A stretch of DNA of 64,000 bases from Alphaproteobacteria bacterium. GTDB lineage: Bacteria > Pseudomonadota > Alphaproteobacteria > MPNO01 > UBA830. The stretch spans positions 2,880,001-2,944,000 of the forward strand of contig OZ251539.1 in the NCBI GenBank assembly GCA_965243135.1, written 5' to 3'. Position numbers and translations under genes: made by a program. Below, in pieces: positions 30,270 to 39,607 of the stretch; the first letter of the stretch is position 1, and the number at the start of each line of letters is the position of its first letter. A model generated the notes under the pieces. That model did no database searches. It had not been told where the DNA came from and saw only the letters and a list, made by a program, of their open reading frames with translations.

Positions 30270-31813
30270 ACTTCCGCCGCAGGAAGCCGGCGGCCGGCCC
30301 GCCGCGGCTGGCGGCGGCGCTGGATCCCGCGCTGCGGCCGCATTGCGCGCTGTGGACGGACGGGCGGTGCAAGATCGCCGCCGGCCACGAATACGATCCG
30401 GCGCTGCGGACGGCGCTGCTGGAATTGCGGCGCTCGGGCGCGGTCGCGGGAGATCTCGTCGAGGAAACCGCCGCCCCCGGGGAGATCGCGGCCGCATGGC
30501 GCGGCTTGCAGGCCGCCGACGGCGCCGACCCGGCGATCCTCGACCGGGTGCGGTCCCTGTTCTCGGCCGCCGCCCGCGCGCGCGCCTCGGACGTGGCGTT
30601 CGAGCTCGCCGCCGGCGAGTGCCGGGTCTACGCCATCGTCAACGACCGCAAGCTGCCGCTGGCCGCGCCGCTGGCGCCGGAAACCGGCCGGCGGGCGATG
30701 GGTTACCTCTTCCACTCGAAGGACGAGGGCTCGGGGCAGACCAGCTACCAGCGCCACTCGTTCCAGGGGTTCTCGATCCGCGGCGACGGCCCCGTTCCGC
30801 TGCCGGAGGAGGTGTCGGCCCTGCGCTGCCAGCGCGGTCCGCACGAACCGGACGGCGACCACCTGTTCGCGCGCATCTTCTACCGCGACACCCTGGCGTC
30901 GAACGCCACCCTGGAGCAGCTGGGGTTCTCCGGCGAGGAGGCGGCGGCGTTCGCCGGCATCCGGGCCGCGCTGCAAGGCGGCGTGTTCATCGGCGGCTCG
31001 ACCGGCGACGGCAAGTCGACGACCCTCGCGACCAACCTCGCCCTGCAGATGGCGGAGACCGGCGGCGCCCTCAACATGGTGACGCTGGAAGACCCGGTGG
31101 AGTATCCGATTCCCGGCGCGGTGCAGATCGCGGTGCCGACGTCGGGTTCGGGCGAGGAGCGGTCGCGCCATTACAAGGAGGCGCTGTCGCATTTCTGCCG
31201 GGTGCACCCGGCGTCGGGCATGGTGTCGGAGATCCGCGACGCCGAGGGCGCGCGCCAGGTCCTGCAGTTCGTCGACACCGGCCACCAGATCTGGACCACC
31301 ATCCACGTCGACAACGCGAACGCGATCCTGTTCCGGCTGCTCGACCTCGGCGTGTCGGCGGCCGAGGTCTGCAAGCCGGGCAACATCGCGCTGCTGATGA
31401 AGCAGACGCTGCTTCCCGAGTTGTGCCCGTCCTGCGCGCTGGCGGAGCCGACGGGTCCGCTGCCGCCCCTGCCGGGGCTGCGCTCGCGGCCGCAGGTGCG
31501 GTTCCGCAACCCGGCGGGCTGCGAACGCTGCAGCCGCGCCGCCGACGGCGAGATCGCCGAGAAGGCGTGGAACGGCTACGCCGGGCAGACCGCGCTGGCC
31601 GAGTCCATCCGTCCCGACGACGGCTATCTCGACCTGGTGCGGCGGGCGGAGCCGGGCGCCGCCAGGCGGTACTGGACCGGGGAGCTCGGCGGCGTGCCGA
31701 TCGGCCGGAAGATCTGGGAGCGGGTGGCGCAGGGCCGCGCCGACCCGCGCGACGCGCTGCTCAAGGGCGCGCGTCCGGAGCGGACCGGCCTGCGGGCGGC
31801 GGACGCGGCATGA
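30266..31813 (+). CDS. pilQ: type IVb pilus assembly ATPase PilQ (GspE/PilB family)
   Basis: ASDVAF, Walker A GSTGDGKSTT, VTLEDPVEY, SEIRD, TGHQIWTTIH, C..C Zn motifs. Confidence 0.9.
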   Translation: MNFRRRKPAAGPPRLAAALDPALRPHCALWTDGRCKIAAGHEYDPALRTALLELRRSGAVAGDLVEETAAPGEIAAAWRGLQAADGADPAILDRVRSLFSAAARARASDVAFELAAGECRVYAIVNDRKLPLAAPLAPETGRRAMGYLFHSKDEGSGQTSYQRHSFQGFSIRGDGPVPLPEEVSALRCQRGPHEPDGDHLFARIFYRDTLASNATLEQLGFSGEEAAAFAGIRAALQGGVFIGGSTGDGKSTTLATNLALQMAETGGALNMVTLEDPVEYPIPGAVQIAVPTSGSGEERSRHYKEALSHFCRVHPASGMVSEIRDAEGARQVLQFVDTGHQIWTTIHVDNANAILFRLLDLGVSAAEVCKPGNIALLMKQTLLPELCPSCALAEPTGPLPPLPGLRSRPQVRFRNPAGCERCSRAADGEIAEKAWNGYAGQTALAESIRPDDGYLDLVRRAEPGAARRYWTGELGGVPIGRKIWERVAQGRADPRDALLKGARPERTGLRAADAA

Positions 31814-32850
31814 TCCGGTTGCTGGGAGCGCTGGCGCTGCCGCGGTCGGCGCGCATCGACGCCTACCGCACGATCGCGGGGCTGCTGGAGGCGGGCCGGG
31901 ATCTGGAATCGGCGCTCCTGGCCGCCTCGCGTTCGGCGCGGGGCCAGGGGCAGCGGCTGCGCGCCCTGGCGCTGGAACGCTGGCGGCGGGCGCTGAGGGA
32001 CGGGCGATTCGCGGAGGCCGTCTCGGCCTGGGCGCCGGCCTCCGAAGCGATGGTCCTGCACGGCTACGGCGGGCCGAACGCCCTGGCGCTGTTCGCCGCG
32101 GCGGCGCGGGTGGCGGAGTTGCGCGAGCGCCAGGCGGCGGCGGTCGCGAAGGCGCTGGCGATGCCGTCGCTGCTGGCGCTCGCCGTGGTGGCGCTGCTGT
32201 GGGCGGCGGGCGGGCATTTCGTGCCGGTGCTGGAGACGATCTCGCCCCCGGAGAGCTGGACGGCGCATGCGCAGGTCTTTCGCGGCGTCTCCGTCTGGCT
32301 CTACGCCAACCCCGGCACGTTTCTCGCCGCGGCGGCCGCGCTCGCCGCCGCGCTGACGGCGGCGACGCTGCTGTGGACCGGGCCCGGACGGACGGCGCTC
32401 GACCGGCTGCCGCCGTTCAACCTGTACCGGATGCTGGTCGGGAGCGCGTTCCTGTTCGTCGTGCTGGAGTTCCCCAAGGCGGGGATCGACCTGAACGACC
32501 GGACGTTCGAGACGCTGCGCCGCAACGCCGCTCCCTACGCGCGCCACCGCATCCGGGCGATCCAGCGCGGCATGCGCGCCGGCATGGGGATCGGCCGGGC
32601 GATGGTGGCGGCCGGCCACAATTTTCCGGACCCGGCGCTGGTGCACTACATCGCCGCGCTCGAGGAGGACAGGACGTGGGCGGAGAAGACGGCCGACTTC
32701 GTCGACCGCTGGGTGGCGCGGTCGGACCGGACGATGCGGGGCCGGGCGGCGGCGCTCAACGCCCTGCTGCTGTGCCTCGTGACCCTGGTGACGGGCGTGG
32801 CGATGGACTCGATGTTCCGGATCCTCGACGCCGCCGGCGCCGGGCTCTGA
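31810..32850 (+). CDS. pilR: type IVb pilus inner-membrane platform PilR (GspF family)
   Basis: Multi-TM protein with WTGPGRTALDRLPPFNLYR and AGHNFPD motifs; follows pilQ. Confidence 0.85.
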   Translation: MIRLLGALALPRSARIDAYRTIAGLLEAGRDLESALLAASRSARGQGQRLRALALERWRRALRDGRFAEAVSAWAPASEAMVLHGYGGPNALALFAAAARVAELRERQAAAVAKALAMPSLLALAVVALLWAAGGHFVPVLETISPPESWTAHAQVFRGVSVWLYANPGTFLAAAAALAAALTAATLLWTGPGRTALDRLPPFNLYRMLVGSAFLFVVLEFPKAGIDLNDRTFETLRRNAAPYARHRIRAIQRGMRAGMGIGRAMVAAGHNFPDPALVHYIAALEEDRTWAEKTADFVDRWVARSDRTMRGRAAALNALLLCLVTLVTGVAMDSMFRILDAAGAGL

Positions 32851-32862
32851 GAGGAGGTCGCG

Positions 32863-33456
32863 ATGGGAAAGTTCCGCCGCCGGGCGCGCCGCGGCAACGC
32901 CGTGTTCAGCGTCATGCTCGGCATGGCGCTGGTGGCGGTGGCGATCGCCGGCGCGATCGCCTGGTACAACACGGCGCGGGAGACCGCCAACCGCACCCAG
33001 GCGATCGCGTTGCTGAACGCGCTGCGGTCGGGGATCGAGGCGGTGTATTCGGGTTCGCCCAGCTTCGGCAACGGCGCGAACCTGATCGCGACGCTCGACC
33101 GCCGCGGCCACATTCCCGATTCGGCGCGGGTGCGGATCGCCGCGGCGGGAACGTCGGGGACGCCCGGCTTCCAGGCGGCGCGCACCGAGATCCGCCACCC
33201 CTTCGGCGGCCTGGTGACCGTGACCGGCGGGCCCGGCGGCAACGTCAACCAGTTCCGCGTCACCTTCGAGAGCGTCGACGACGAAGTGTGCGCGGCGATG
33301 GCCGACGCCTACGCCGACCGCACCCGCGGGCGGAGCGGCATCGTCAACCTCGTGATCAACGGGACGACGCTGGCGGCGCCGGTCACCATCGCCCAGGTGA
33401 CGGCGAACTGCGACGACGGCGCCGCCGCCAACGACATCGGGTTCACCTTCGGATGA
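32863..33456 (+). CDS. pilS: type IVb major prepilin PilS-like
   Basis: RBS gaggagg; basic leader + G + hydrophobic helix; IRHPFGGLVTV, F..V...C and a terminal Cys pair, as in PilS. Confidence 0.8.
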   Translation: MGKFRRRARRGNAVFSVMLGMALVAVAIAGAIAWYNTARETANRTQAIALLNALRSGIEAVYSGSPSFGNGANLIATLDRRGHIPDSARVRIAAAGTSGTPGFQAARTEIRHPFGGLVTVTGGPGGNVNQFRVTFESVDDEVCAAMADAYADRTRGRSGIVNLVINGTTLAAPVTIAQVTANCDDGAAANDIGFTFG

Positions 33457-34577
33457 CGGCCCGCCGCGCCCGCCGGGGCGCCGCCTCCCTTCTCGGCGCG
33501 CTGCTGGCCGCGGCCCTGGCCGGGACGTGGCTCGCGGCCTGGCACGCGGCGCGCGACGGGGAGCGGCGCCAGGCGATCGACCGCGCCGGCGGCCGCGCGT
33601 TCGGAACCTGGGTGCTGGCCGTCCACCGGGCGTCCCAGGAGGGCGGCGCCGCCTCGCGCCTCGGGCGGGCGCTTCCCGCGGTTCTCGCCCCGGCCGATCT
33701 GCGCGGCCTCGGCGCGGCGGTTCCGCCGGGCCTGCCGGACGCCCCGGGGGGCGCTTTTCTCGGGACGATCGACGACGGCCGCGGCGTCGAAACCGCGTTC
33801 GGGGTGCTGGAGCCCGGGCCGAACGCCTCGGCCGCCGATCTGCGGGCGGGCGCGCTGGCGGCCGGCCTCGCCGGCGTCGGGGAGGTCGGAATCGCGTCGT
33901 CGATGTCCGGACATCTTCCGGCGATCGCGGCGGCGATGGGACGGCAGCCGGCGGCCGGGGCGCTCTACGTCACGGCCGATCTCGGCCTTCGCTACCGCGA
34001 AGGACGGCTGCACCGCAGGCGGCAGCCGGGGCGGCCGCATCTGAACCGCATGGAGACGGCGCTCGACCTGAACGGCGACGCCGCCGCGACGCCGCCGGTC
34101 GCCGGACAGGCCGTGACCAACGCCGGCGCGCTGGCCGGCGACGCGGCGGAAGCGTCCGGCGCGGTTTCGGCCGGCGGCGCGGTCTCCGTCGCCGGCGACG
34201 CGCTGGCGAGGGGCGATCTCGCGGCGGCATCCCTCTCCGCCGGACAGGCGGGAGCCGCCTCCCTCGCCGTCGCGCGCGAACTGACGGCCGGCAGCCTCGG
34301 CGTGCCGGGCGCGGCGAGCGCGGCCGGGGTCCGGATTTCGGGCCGGTTGCGCGCCGCCTCCGTCGGCCTGACCGGCGCGCTCTTCGCCGCCGACCTGGTT
34401 ATCGGCGAGGGCTTCGACGTCGCGGGCACGGCCGGATCGGCGGTTCTGAACGCCGCGTCCTTCCGGGCGGGCGGGCGGTTGACCGCGGGCGGCGTCCGGG
34501 CCGCGGTCGCGGCGGGGACCCCCTCCGCCGCGATCTCCGGAACCGTGTCCGCCGGTTCCTGCGCCGGGTGCAAGTAG
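33453..34577 (+). CDS. PilV-like minor pilin/adhesin, paralogue 1
   Basis: Prepilin-like leader RRGAASLLG; LHRRRQPGRPHLNRMETALDLNG shufflon-PilV N-domain motif; Ala/Gly-rich beta repeats; ends CAGCK. Confidence 0.7.
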   Translation: MTARRARRGAASLLGALLAAALAGTWLAAWHAARDGERRQAIDRAGGRAFGTWVLAVHRASQEGGAASRLGRALPAVLAPADLRGLGAAVPPGLPDAPGGAFLGTIDDGRGVETAFGVLEPGPNASAADLRAGALAAGLAGVGEVGIASSMSGHLPAIAAAMGRQPAAGALYVTADLGLRYREGRLHRRRQPGRPHLNRMETALDLNGDAAATPPVAGQAVTNAGALAGDAAEASGAVSAGGAVSVAGDALARGDLAAASLSAGQAGAASLAVARELTAGSLGVPGAASAAGVRISGRLRAASVGLTGALFAADLVIGEGFDVAGTAGSAVLNAASFRAGGRLTAGGVRAAVAAGTPSAAISGTVSAGSCAGCK

Positions 34578-35672
34578 ATGGGCCTGTTCGCCGCCTTGCT
34601 GGCCGCGGCGCTGACGGCGATCCTCGCCGCCGGCGGCTTCGAGTGGCTGTCGGCGCGGGCGATGGACGAACGCGTCCGCCTCGCCGGGCGGCAACATGCG
34701 GCGCTCGCCGACGCCGTGGCGGCCTACGTCGACGGCAATTTCCCGGCGCTGCTCGCCGCGGCGCAGGGCGGCCCGTCGCGGATCGCGATCGCCGATCTCC
34801 GCGCCGCCGGCGTCCTGCCGGCCGGCTGGCCGCAGGTCGACGCGCTCAGGCGCCGGCCCGAGATCCTGATGCTGGCCGACGGCGCGAACGCGGTCCGCGT
34901 CCTCGTCGCCCAGCGGGTGCCGGCGGGCGACGCCGTCGATCCTTCGGCGGCGCTGTTCCAGGACTCCGGCGGCATCCGGCTGGGCCTCGTTCCCCCCGAG
35001 GCGGCGACCCGGCTGCGGGGACCGTTGATCGATCTCGACGTCTCCGGGTTTCAGGGGGCGTTCTCCGGCGCGCCCGCCGCGCGGGCGCTCGCCGCCTTCA
35101 GCCGCCACGACCACCGGACCGTCTACGGCGACGCGCTCTACCGCACCGCCGTGCCGGGGTTTCCGGAGGCGAACCGCATGGAGACCGCGCTCGACATGAA
35201 CGGCAACGACATCACGGGCGCCGGCGAGATCTCGGCGCAGTCGCTGGCGATCGCGCAGGAGCTGACCGTGCAGGGCGACCTCACGGCGGCGGCCGGGCTC
35301 TCGGTCGGAGCCGGGCTGACCGTCGCCGGCGCGGCCTCGGTCGCCGGGTCGCTGACGGCCGGCGACGCCGCGGTGACCGGACGGGCGACGAGCGCCACGC
35401 TCTCGGTCGCGGGCGACGCGACGATGGGAACCCTGACCGCGACCGGCGCCGTGCGGGCGCCGTCGGCGCGGATCTCCGGGACGGCGGCGGCCGGTTCCGC
35501 ACGGGCGACGCGGCTGTCGGCCGACAGCGTCACGGCCCGGACGGTGCACGCCTCGGCCTCGGCGCGGGTCGCGGGAACCGTCCAGGCGCGCAGCGTCCTC
35601 GCGACGGGCTCGATCGGCGCCGCCTCCGGCGTCTTCCGGAGGCTCACGGTCGGGAGATGCTACGGATGCTGA
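34578..35672 (+). CDS. pilV: PilV-like tip adhesin, paralogue 2
   Basis: LYRTAVPGFPEANRMETALDMNGNDI motif of the PilV constant region; beta-repeat stalk; ends CYGC. Confidence 0.75.
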   Translation: MGLFAALLAAALTAILAAGGFEWLSARAMDERVRLAGRQHAALADAVAAYVDGNFPALLAAAQGGPSRIAIADLRAAGVLPAGWPQVDALRRRPEILMLADGANAVRVLVAQRVPAGDAVDPSAALFQDSGGIRLGLVPPEAATRLRGPLIDLDVSGFQGAFSGAPAARALAAFSRHDHRTVYGDALYRTAVPGFPEANRMETALDMNGNDITGAGEISAQSLAIAQELTVQGDLTAAAGLSVGAGLTVAGAASVAGSLTAGDAAVTGRATSATLSVAGDATMGTLTATGAVRAPSARISGTAAAGSARATRLSADSVTARTVHASASARVAGTVQARSVLATGSIGAASGVFRRLTVGRCYGC

Positions 35673-35923
35673 GAATTCTCGCCTTCCTTTTCCTGGCGTT
35701 TCCCGCCGCCGCCCAGCCGCCGCCCGCCCAGCGGGCCGCGCTCGCGGCCATGGAACGGCTGCGCGCCGATATCGTCGTGCTCGACGGGCTGGCCGCGGCG
35801 CAGGAGGCGCTGCTCGCCCGCAACCGGGGGCTGGAGCGGGCCGAGGCGCTGCCCGGGGAGATCTGCCGCGATCTCGGCGACTGGTGCCGGCTTCTCCCCG
35901 CCACTTTCGGAGCCGAACGATGA
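35657..35923 (+). CDS. small secreted hypothetical protein
   Basis: Signal peptide MLRILAFLFLAFPAAAQ; overlaps both neighbours in the operon. Confidence 0.55.
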   Translation: MLRMLRILAFLFLAFPAAAQPPPAQRAALAAMERLRADIVVLDGLAAAQEALLARNRGLERAEALPGEICRDLGDWCRLLPATFGAER

Positions 35924-36990
35924 CGGACGCGCTCGCCTTCGCCGGCATCGCCGGTTGCCTCTCGTGGATCGCCGCGCGGGACGCGCGGCGCTTCAGGATA
36001 GATCCGTTGGCGGTGTCGCTCCTGGCCGCGATCGGGGCGATCTGGCGGCTCGCGGCGCCCGGCCCCCTGACCGCGAGCCTGGTCGACGCGGGTCTCGGCG
36101 CGGCGCTCGGACTCGCTTTCGCCGCGCTGCCGATCGCCGCCGCGCAGGCGCTCGGACGGCGCTGGCCGGTGATGCCCGGCGACGGCCTGCTTCTCGGCGC
36201 GGCCGGCATTCCGCTCGGCCCCCTCGGCGTCGCCTGGGCGACGGCTGCCGGCTGCCTCTGCGCCGTCGTTCACCGGGTTTGCGTGCAGCGCCGCCGCCGC
36301 CGGCCCGTCGCTTCCGGCTACGCGCCGCTCGCGCCCGGGCTCGCGGTCGGCGCCATGATCGCGCTGTCGGGAGGGCCGCTCGCCCAGGGAATCGCGGCGA
36401 CCGAGATTCGGACGCCGCCCCCGGCGCTGCCCGCGGAATTCGCCCGAAGGGAGGCTTCCCTCGCGGTGCTCGAGCCGGTTTCCTTTCCGGAACTGGCGCG
36501 GCGGATTTCCGGGGCCGCGGGGGTTCCCGTCGAGATCGAGGAGCGTCCCTCCCGGATCGCGGGCGGCGCCGCCGACCTGCCCGATCCGCCGCCGATCGCG
36601 CTTTCCTTCGAGGGGGCGCTGCCCGGACTGCTGCGCCTCGCCGCGCGGCGCTCCGGCTACGACTGGACCTGGCGCGGCGGCGCGGTCGTCTTCTACCGGC
36701 ATCGCGACGCCGCGCAGCGCGCGCCCGAAAAATCCCCGGACGCCGCCCCCGCCTGGCTGGTCGATTCGTCCCGCCACGGGACGCTGCGGGCGGTGCTGGA
36801 GGCGTGGGCGGAGCGGGCGGGATGGCGGATCGTCTGGCGCGCCGCCGGCCGCTACGCGATCGACGCCGACGCGGCGTTCGACCGGCCGGATTTCCTGGCG
36901 GCGGTGGACGCGCTGCTCGCCGACGCGCCGCGCGGGCTCACCGCCACCGCGTGGAGGGGCAACCGGCATCTGGTGATCGACGACCGATGA
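35920..36990 (+). CDS. prepilin peptidase (A24, PilU-like) fused to a PilL/TcpQ-like domain
   Basis: N-terminal TM domain with the Asp motifs ARDARRFRID and PGDGLL; C-terminal GTLRAVLEAWAERAGWRIVW TcpQ-like motif. Confidence 0.7.
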   Translation: MTDALAFAGIAGCLSWIAARDARRFRIDPLAVSLLAAIGAIWRLAAPGPLTASLVDAGLGAALGLAFAALPIAAAQALGRRWPVMPGDGLLLGAAGIPLGPLGVAWATAAGCLCAVVHRVCVQRRRRRPVASGYAPLAPGLAVGAMIALSGGPLAQGIAATEIRTPPPALPAEFARREASLAVLEPVSFPELARRISGAAGVPVEIEERPSRIAGGAADLPDPPPIALSFEGALPGLLRLAARRSGYDWTWRGGAVVFYRHRDAAQRAPEKSPDAAPAWLVDSSRHGTLRAVLEAWAERAGWRIVWRAAGRYAIDADAAFDRPDFLAAVDALLADAPRGLTATAWRGNRHLVIDDR

Positions 36991-37442
36991 GAGCCGCGGC
37001 CCTCCTCCTCCTGCTTCTTCCGGGCGCCTGCGCGCCGCCGCCGGAACCGCCCCCCGATCCCGCCGAGCTGCGCCTGACCGAAGCGGCGGTGCGCGCGGAA
37101 GCCTCGCTCGCGGCGCTGGCGCGGACGTCCGGGACCGAGCCCGCGCCGGCGCCCCGCATCGTGCCCGAGCCGTTGTTGCGGCGGGTCACGGCGGACTGGA
37201 CCGGCCCTCTGGAGACCCTGGCGGCGCGGCTGGCCGGGCAGGCGGGCTACGCGTTCGCGGCGGCGGGACCGCGGCCCGTCCGTCCGCCGATCGTCGAGCT
37301 GCGGGCGAAGGCGCAGCCGTTGATCCTCGTCTTCCGCGATCTCGGCCTCCAGGCCGGAAGCGCCGCCGCGCTCACCGTCGACGCCGACCGCGGGCGGGTC
37401 CAGCTCGACTGGCTGCCGCCGTCCCGGGAGGAGGACCCGTGA
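36987..37442 (+). CDS. dotD: T4BSS lipoprotein DotD/TraH
   Basis: Lipobox LPGAC; VTADWTGPLETLAARLAGQAGY, RDLGLQAG; precedes dotC-dotB. Confidence 0.85.
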   Translation: MRAAALLLLLLPGACAPPPEPPPDPAELRLTEAAVRAEASLAALARTSGTEPAPAPRIVPEPLLRRVTADWTGPLETLAARLAGQAGYAFAAAGPRPVRPPIVELRAKAQPLILVFRDLGLQAGSAAALTVDADRGRVQLDWLPPSREEDP

Positions 37443-38239
37443 AGCGGCCGGCCCTGCTTTTCCTGGCGCTCAGCCTTCCGGCCCGGGCCGCCGACCCGCC
37501 CCCGTCGCTGGAGGCGCTGCACGACGCCCGCCCCGCCCGCGAGCTGGCGGCGGAATTCGCGGAGGAGAAGCGCCGCGCCGCGATGCGGACGGCCGCCCGC
37601 TCCTTCGGATCCCGCGCCGGGCTGGCCCGGCGGACCTGGGAGATCGGGCGCATGCTGGGGCGGTTCGCTCCCGCCCTCGACGGCGTCTACCGCTTTCGCC
37701 GCCTGATGCTGCGGCGCGAGGGGTTCCTGCTGCATCCGCCGGTCCTCGCCGCGACCTCGGACGCTTTCCGGCTGGACCGCGAGGGCGGCCGGGCGGCGGC
37801 GGCGCGCCGCGTGATCCGGATCGTCTCGCCGGCGCGCATCGTCCCGGCGCCGCCGTCGTGGCGCGGCTATCTGGTCCGCTCGTGGCGGCCGGCCGAGCCC
37901 CCGGTCTCGCCGCTGTTCCCGAGGGACGCCGCCGAGAAGGCGGATTGGCGCCGCTGGCTGGCCGAGGGGTGGCGAGCCGGCCGGACGCTTGCCGACGACG
38001 TGTTCGCCGCCGACCTCGACCGGCTCAACCGCGACTTCGAAGGCGCCGTGCTGTGGCGGCGCCTGCACGCCGCCCGGATGGTCACCGCGCCCTCGGTCGA
38101 GGCGGCGCGCGCCGGCGTCGCCGGCCACGAAAAGCTGATGCGGATCGGCGAGACGACGGTGACGCTCGGCGCGCCGGCCCGTCTCGAACTCGACGCCGCC
38201 CGCTGGCGTCCGGCAGTGGAAGGAGAGAAGAATGACTGA
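37439..38239 (+). CDS. dotC: T4BSS DotC/TraI
   Basis: ARSFGSRAGL, LDGVYRFRRLM, PPSWRGYL, LFPRD..E...W...GW..G, RLNRDFEG motifs. Confidence 0.88.
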   Translation: MKRPALLFLALSLPARAADPPPSLEALHDARPARELAAEFAEEKRRAAMRTAARSFGSRAGLARRTWEIGRMLGRFAPALDGVYRFRRLMLRREGFLLHPPVLAATSDAFRLDREGGRAAAARRVIRIVSPARIVPAPPSWRGYLVRSWRPAEPPVSPLFPRDAAEKADWRRWLAEGWRAGRTLADDVFAADLDRLNRDFEGAVLWRRLHAARMVTAPSVEAARAGVAGHEKLMRIGETTVTLGAPARLELDAARWRPAVEGEKND

Positions 38240-39350
38240 AGCGTTCTGGGATCCCGCGGAATTCGCGTTTCCGGCGGAGCGGCTGGACGAATTCCTGCTC
38301 TGGGCCCGCGACCGCGGCGCCTCCGACATCTCCTTCCAGACCCGGCAGCCGGCCTTCGTCGAGATCGACGGCGCGCTGCGCCGCGCCACCGCCTGCGTCC
38401 TCGACGGCCCGGCCATGGGCCGCCTCGCCGACCTCGTGCACGGCGCCACGGCCGAGGGCGTCCTGCGGTCGGGGAAGGCGCTCGACGGCTCGCGCGCGGT
38501 GCCCGTCGACAGGATCGGCTCGCGGCGGTTCCGCTACAACCTCGCGCCGGTGCAGGCCGCGGAGGCGTTCGGCATCAACCTCACCCTGCGCGCCCTGCCG
38601 GACGCCGTGCCGGAACTGGCCGATCTCGGCGTCGACGGGGAGATCGCGTCCGCGTGGGAGGACTGCCGCGGCCTGACCCTGGTGACCGGGGTTCCGGGCA
38701 GCGGCAAGTCGACGCTGCTCGCCGCCGGCACGCGGCGGCTGCTGGAGCGCGGCGCCGGACGGATCCAGTCCTACGAAAGCCCGATCGAGTTCGCCTTCGA
38801 CGGCATCGGCGGCGCCGGGGCGCAGATGTCGTCGTCCGAGATCCCGAAGCACTTCGCCACCTTCGCCGAAGGGTTGCGCTCCTCGTTGCGCCGCCGCCCG
38901 GCCGCCGTGATCGTCGGCGAGGCGCGCGACCGGGAGACCGTGGAGGCGGTGGTCCGCGCCGCCGACTTCGGCATCGCCGTCTACTCCACCGCCCACACGC
39001 TGGGCGTCGCCTCGGCGATCCGCCGCATGATCGCGGAATTCCCGGCGGAGGAACGGGCGGAGCGCGGCGCCGCGCTGCTCGACGTGCTCCACCTTGTGGT
39101 CGCCCAGATGCTGCTGCCGAATCCCGAGGGCGGCCGCACCGCGATCCGCGAGTGGCTGATCTTCGACGCCGCCTTCAAGGCGCGGCTGATGGAAGCGCCG
39201 CCCGCCGAGTGGGCGCCGCGCATCGCCCGCGAACTGGAGAACCGCGGCAACGGCATCGCCAGGGCCGCCGCCGGCGCGCATCTCGACGGGCGGATCTCCG
39301 ACAGGGATCTGGGGCGCGTCCAGGCGCTCGCGCCCGGGACGGACCCGTGA
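38232..39350 (+). CDS. dotB: T4BSS ATPase DotB/TraJ (PilT-like)
   Basis: GASDISFQT, RFRYN, Walker A GVPGSGKST, YESPIEF, VGEARD, YSTAH. Confidence 0.9.
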   Translation: MTEAFWDPAEFAFPAERLDEFLLWARDRGASDISFQTRQPAFVEIDGALRRATACVLDGPAMGRLADLVHGATAEGVLRSGKALDGSRAVPVDRIGSRRFRYNLAPVQAAEAFGINLTLRALPDAVPELADLGVDGEIASAWEDCRGLTLVTGVPGSGKSTLLAAGTRRLLERGAGRIQSYESPIEFAFDGIGGAGAQMSSSEIPKHFATFAEGLRSSLRRRPAAVIVGEARDRETVEAVVRAADFGIAVYSTAHTLGVASAIRRMIAEFPAEERAERGAALLDVLHLVVAQMLLPNPEGGRTAIREWLIFDAAFKARLMEAPPAEWAPRIARELENRGNGIARAAAGAHLDGRISDRDLGRVQALAPGTDP

Positions 39351-39607
39351 AGGAAGTCCAGTGGAGGGATTCGATGCGTCCGGTCCGCGCCTTCGGCTTC
39401 GACGCGCGCCTGCTGTTCCTGTTCGCTCCCTGGCTGTTCTTTCCCGGGTGGTGGACGACCGCGGCGCTGCTGCTCGCGATCGCCGCGCTCAGAATCGCGG
39501 AAGCCCGCGGCTACCGCCTCGGCACGGCGCTGCGGGCGGTCCGCGCCGCCGCCGCCGGGCGGCGGCCGGCGCTCTACGCCGTCCGGCGCTTCGTGGATTA
39601 CGGCTGA
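39347..39607 (+). CDS. icmT: IcmT/TraK family protein
   Basis: WRDSMRPVRAFGFDAR followed by TM helices; position after dotB. Confidence 0.8.
   Translation: MKEVQWRDSMRPVRAFGFDARLLFLFAPWLFFPGWWTTAALLLAIAALRIAEARGYRLGTALRAVRAAAAGRRPALYAVRRFVDYG

Noticed and set aside
33453-36990. Shufflon at pilV
   Set aside because: No Rci recombinase, sfx-like repeats or inverted C-terminal cassettes downstream.
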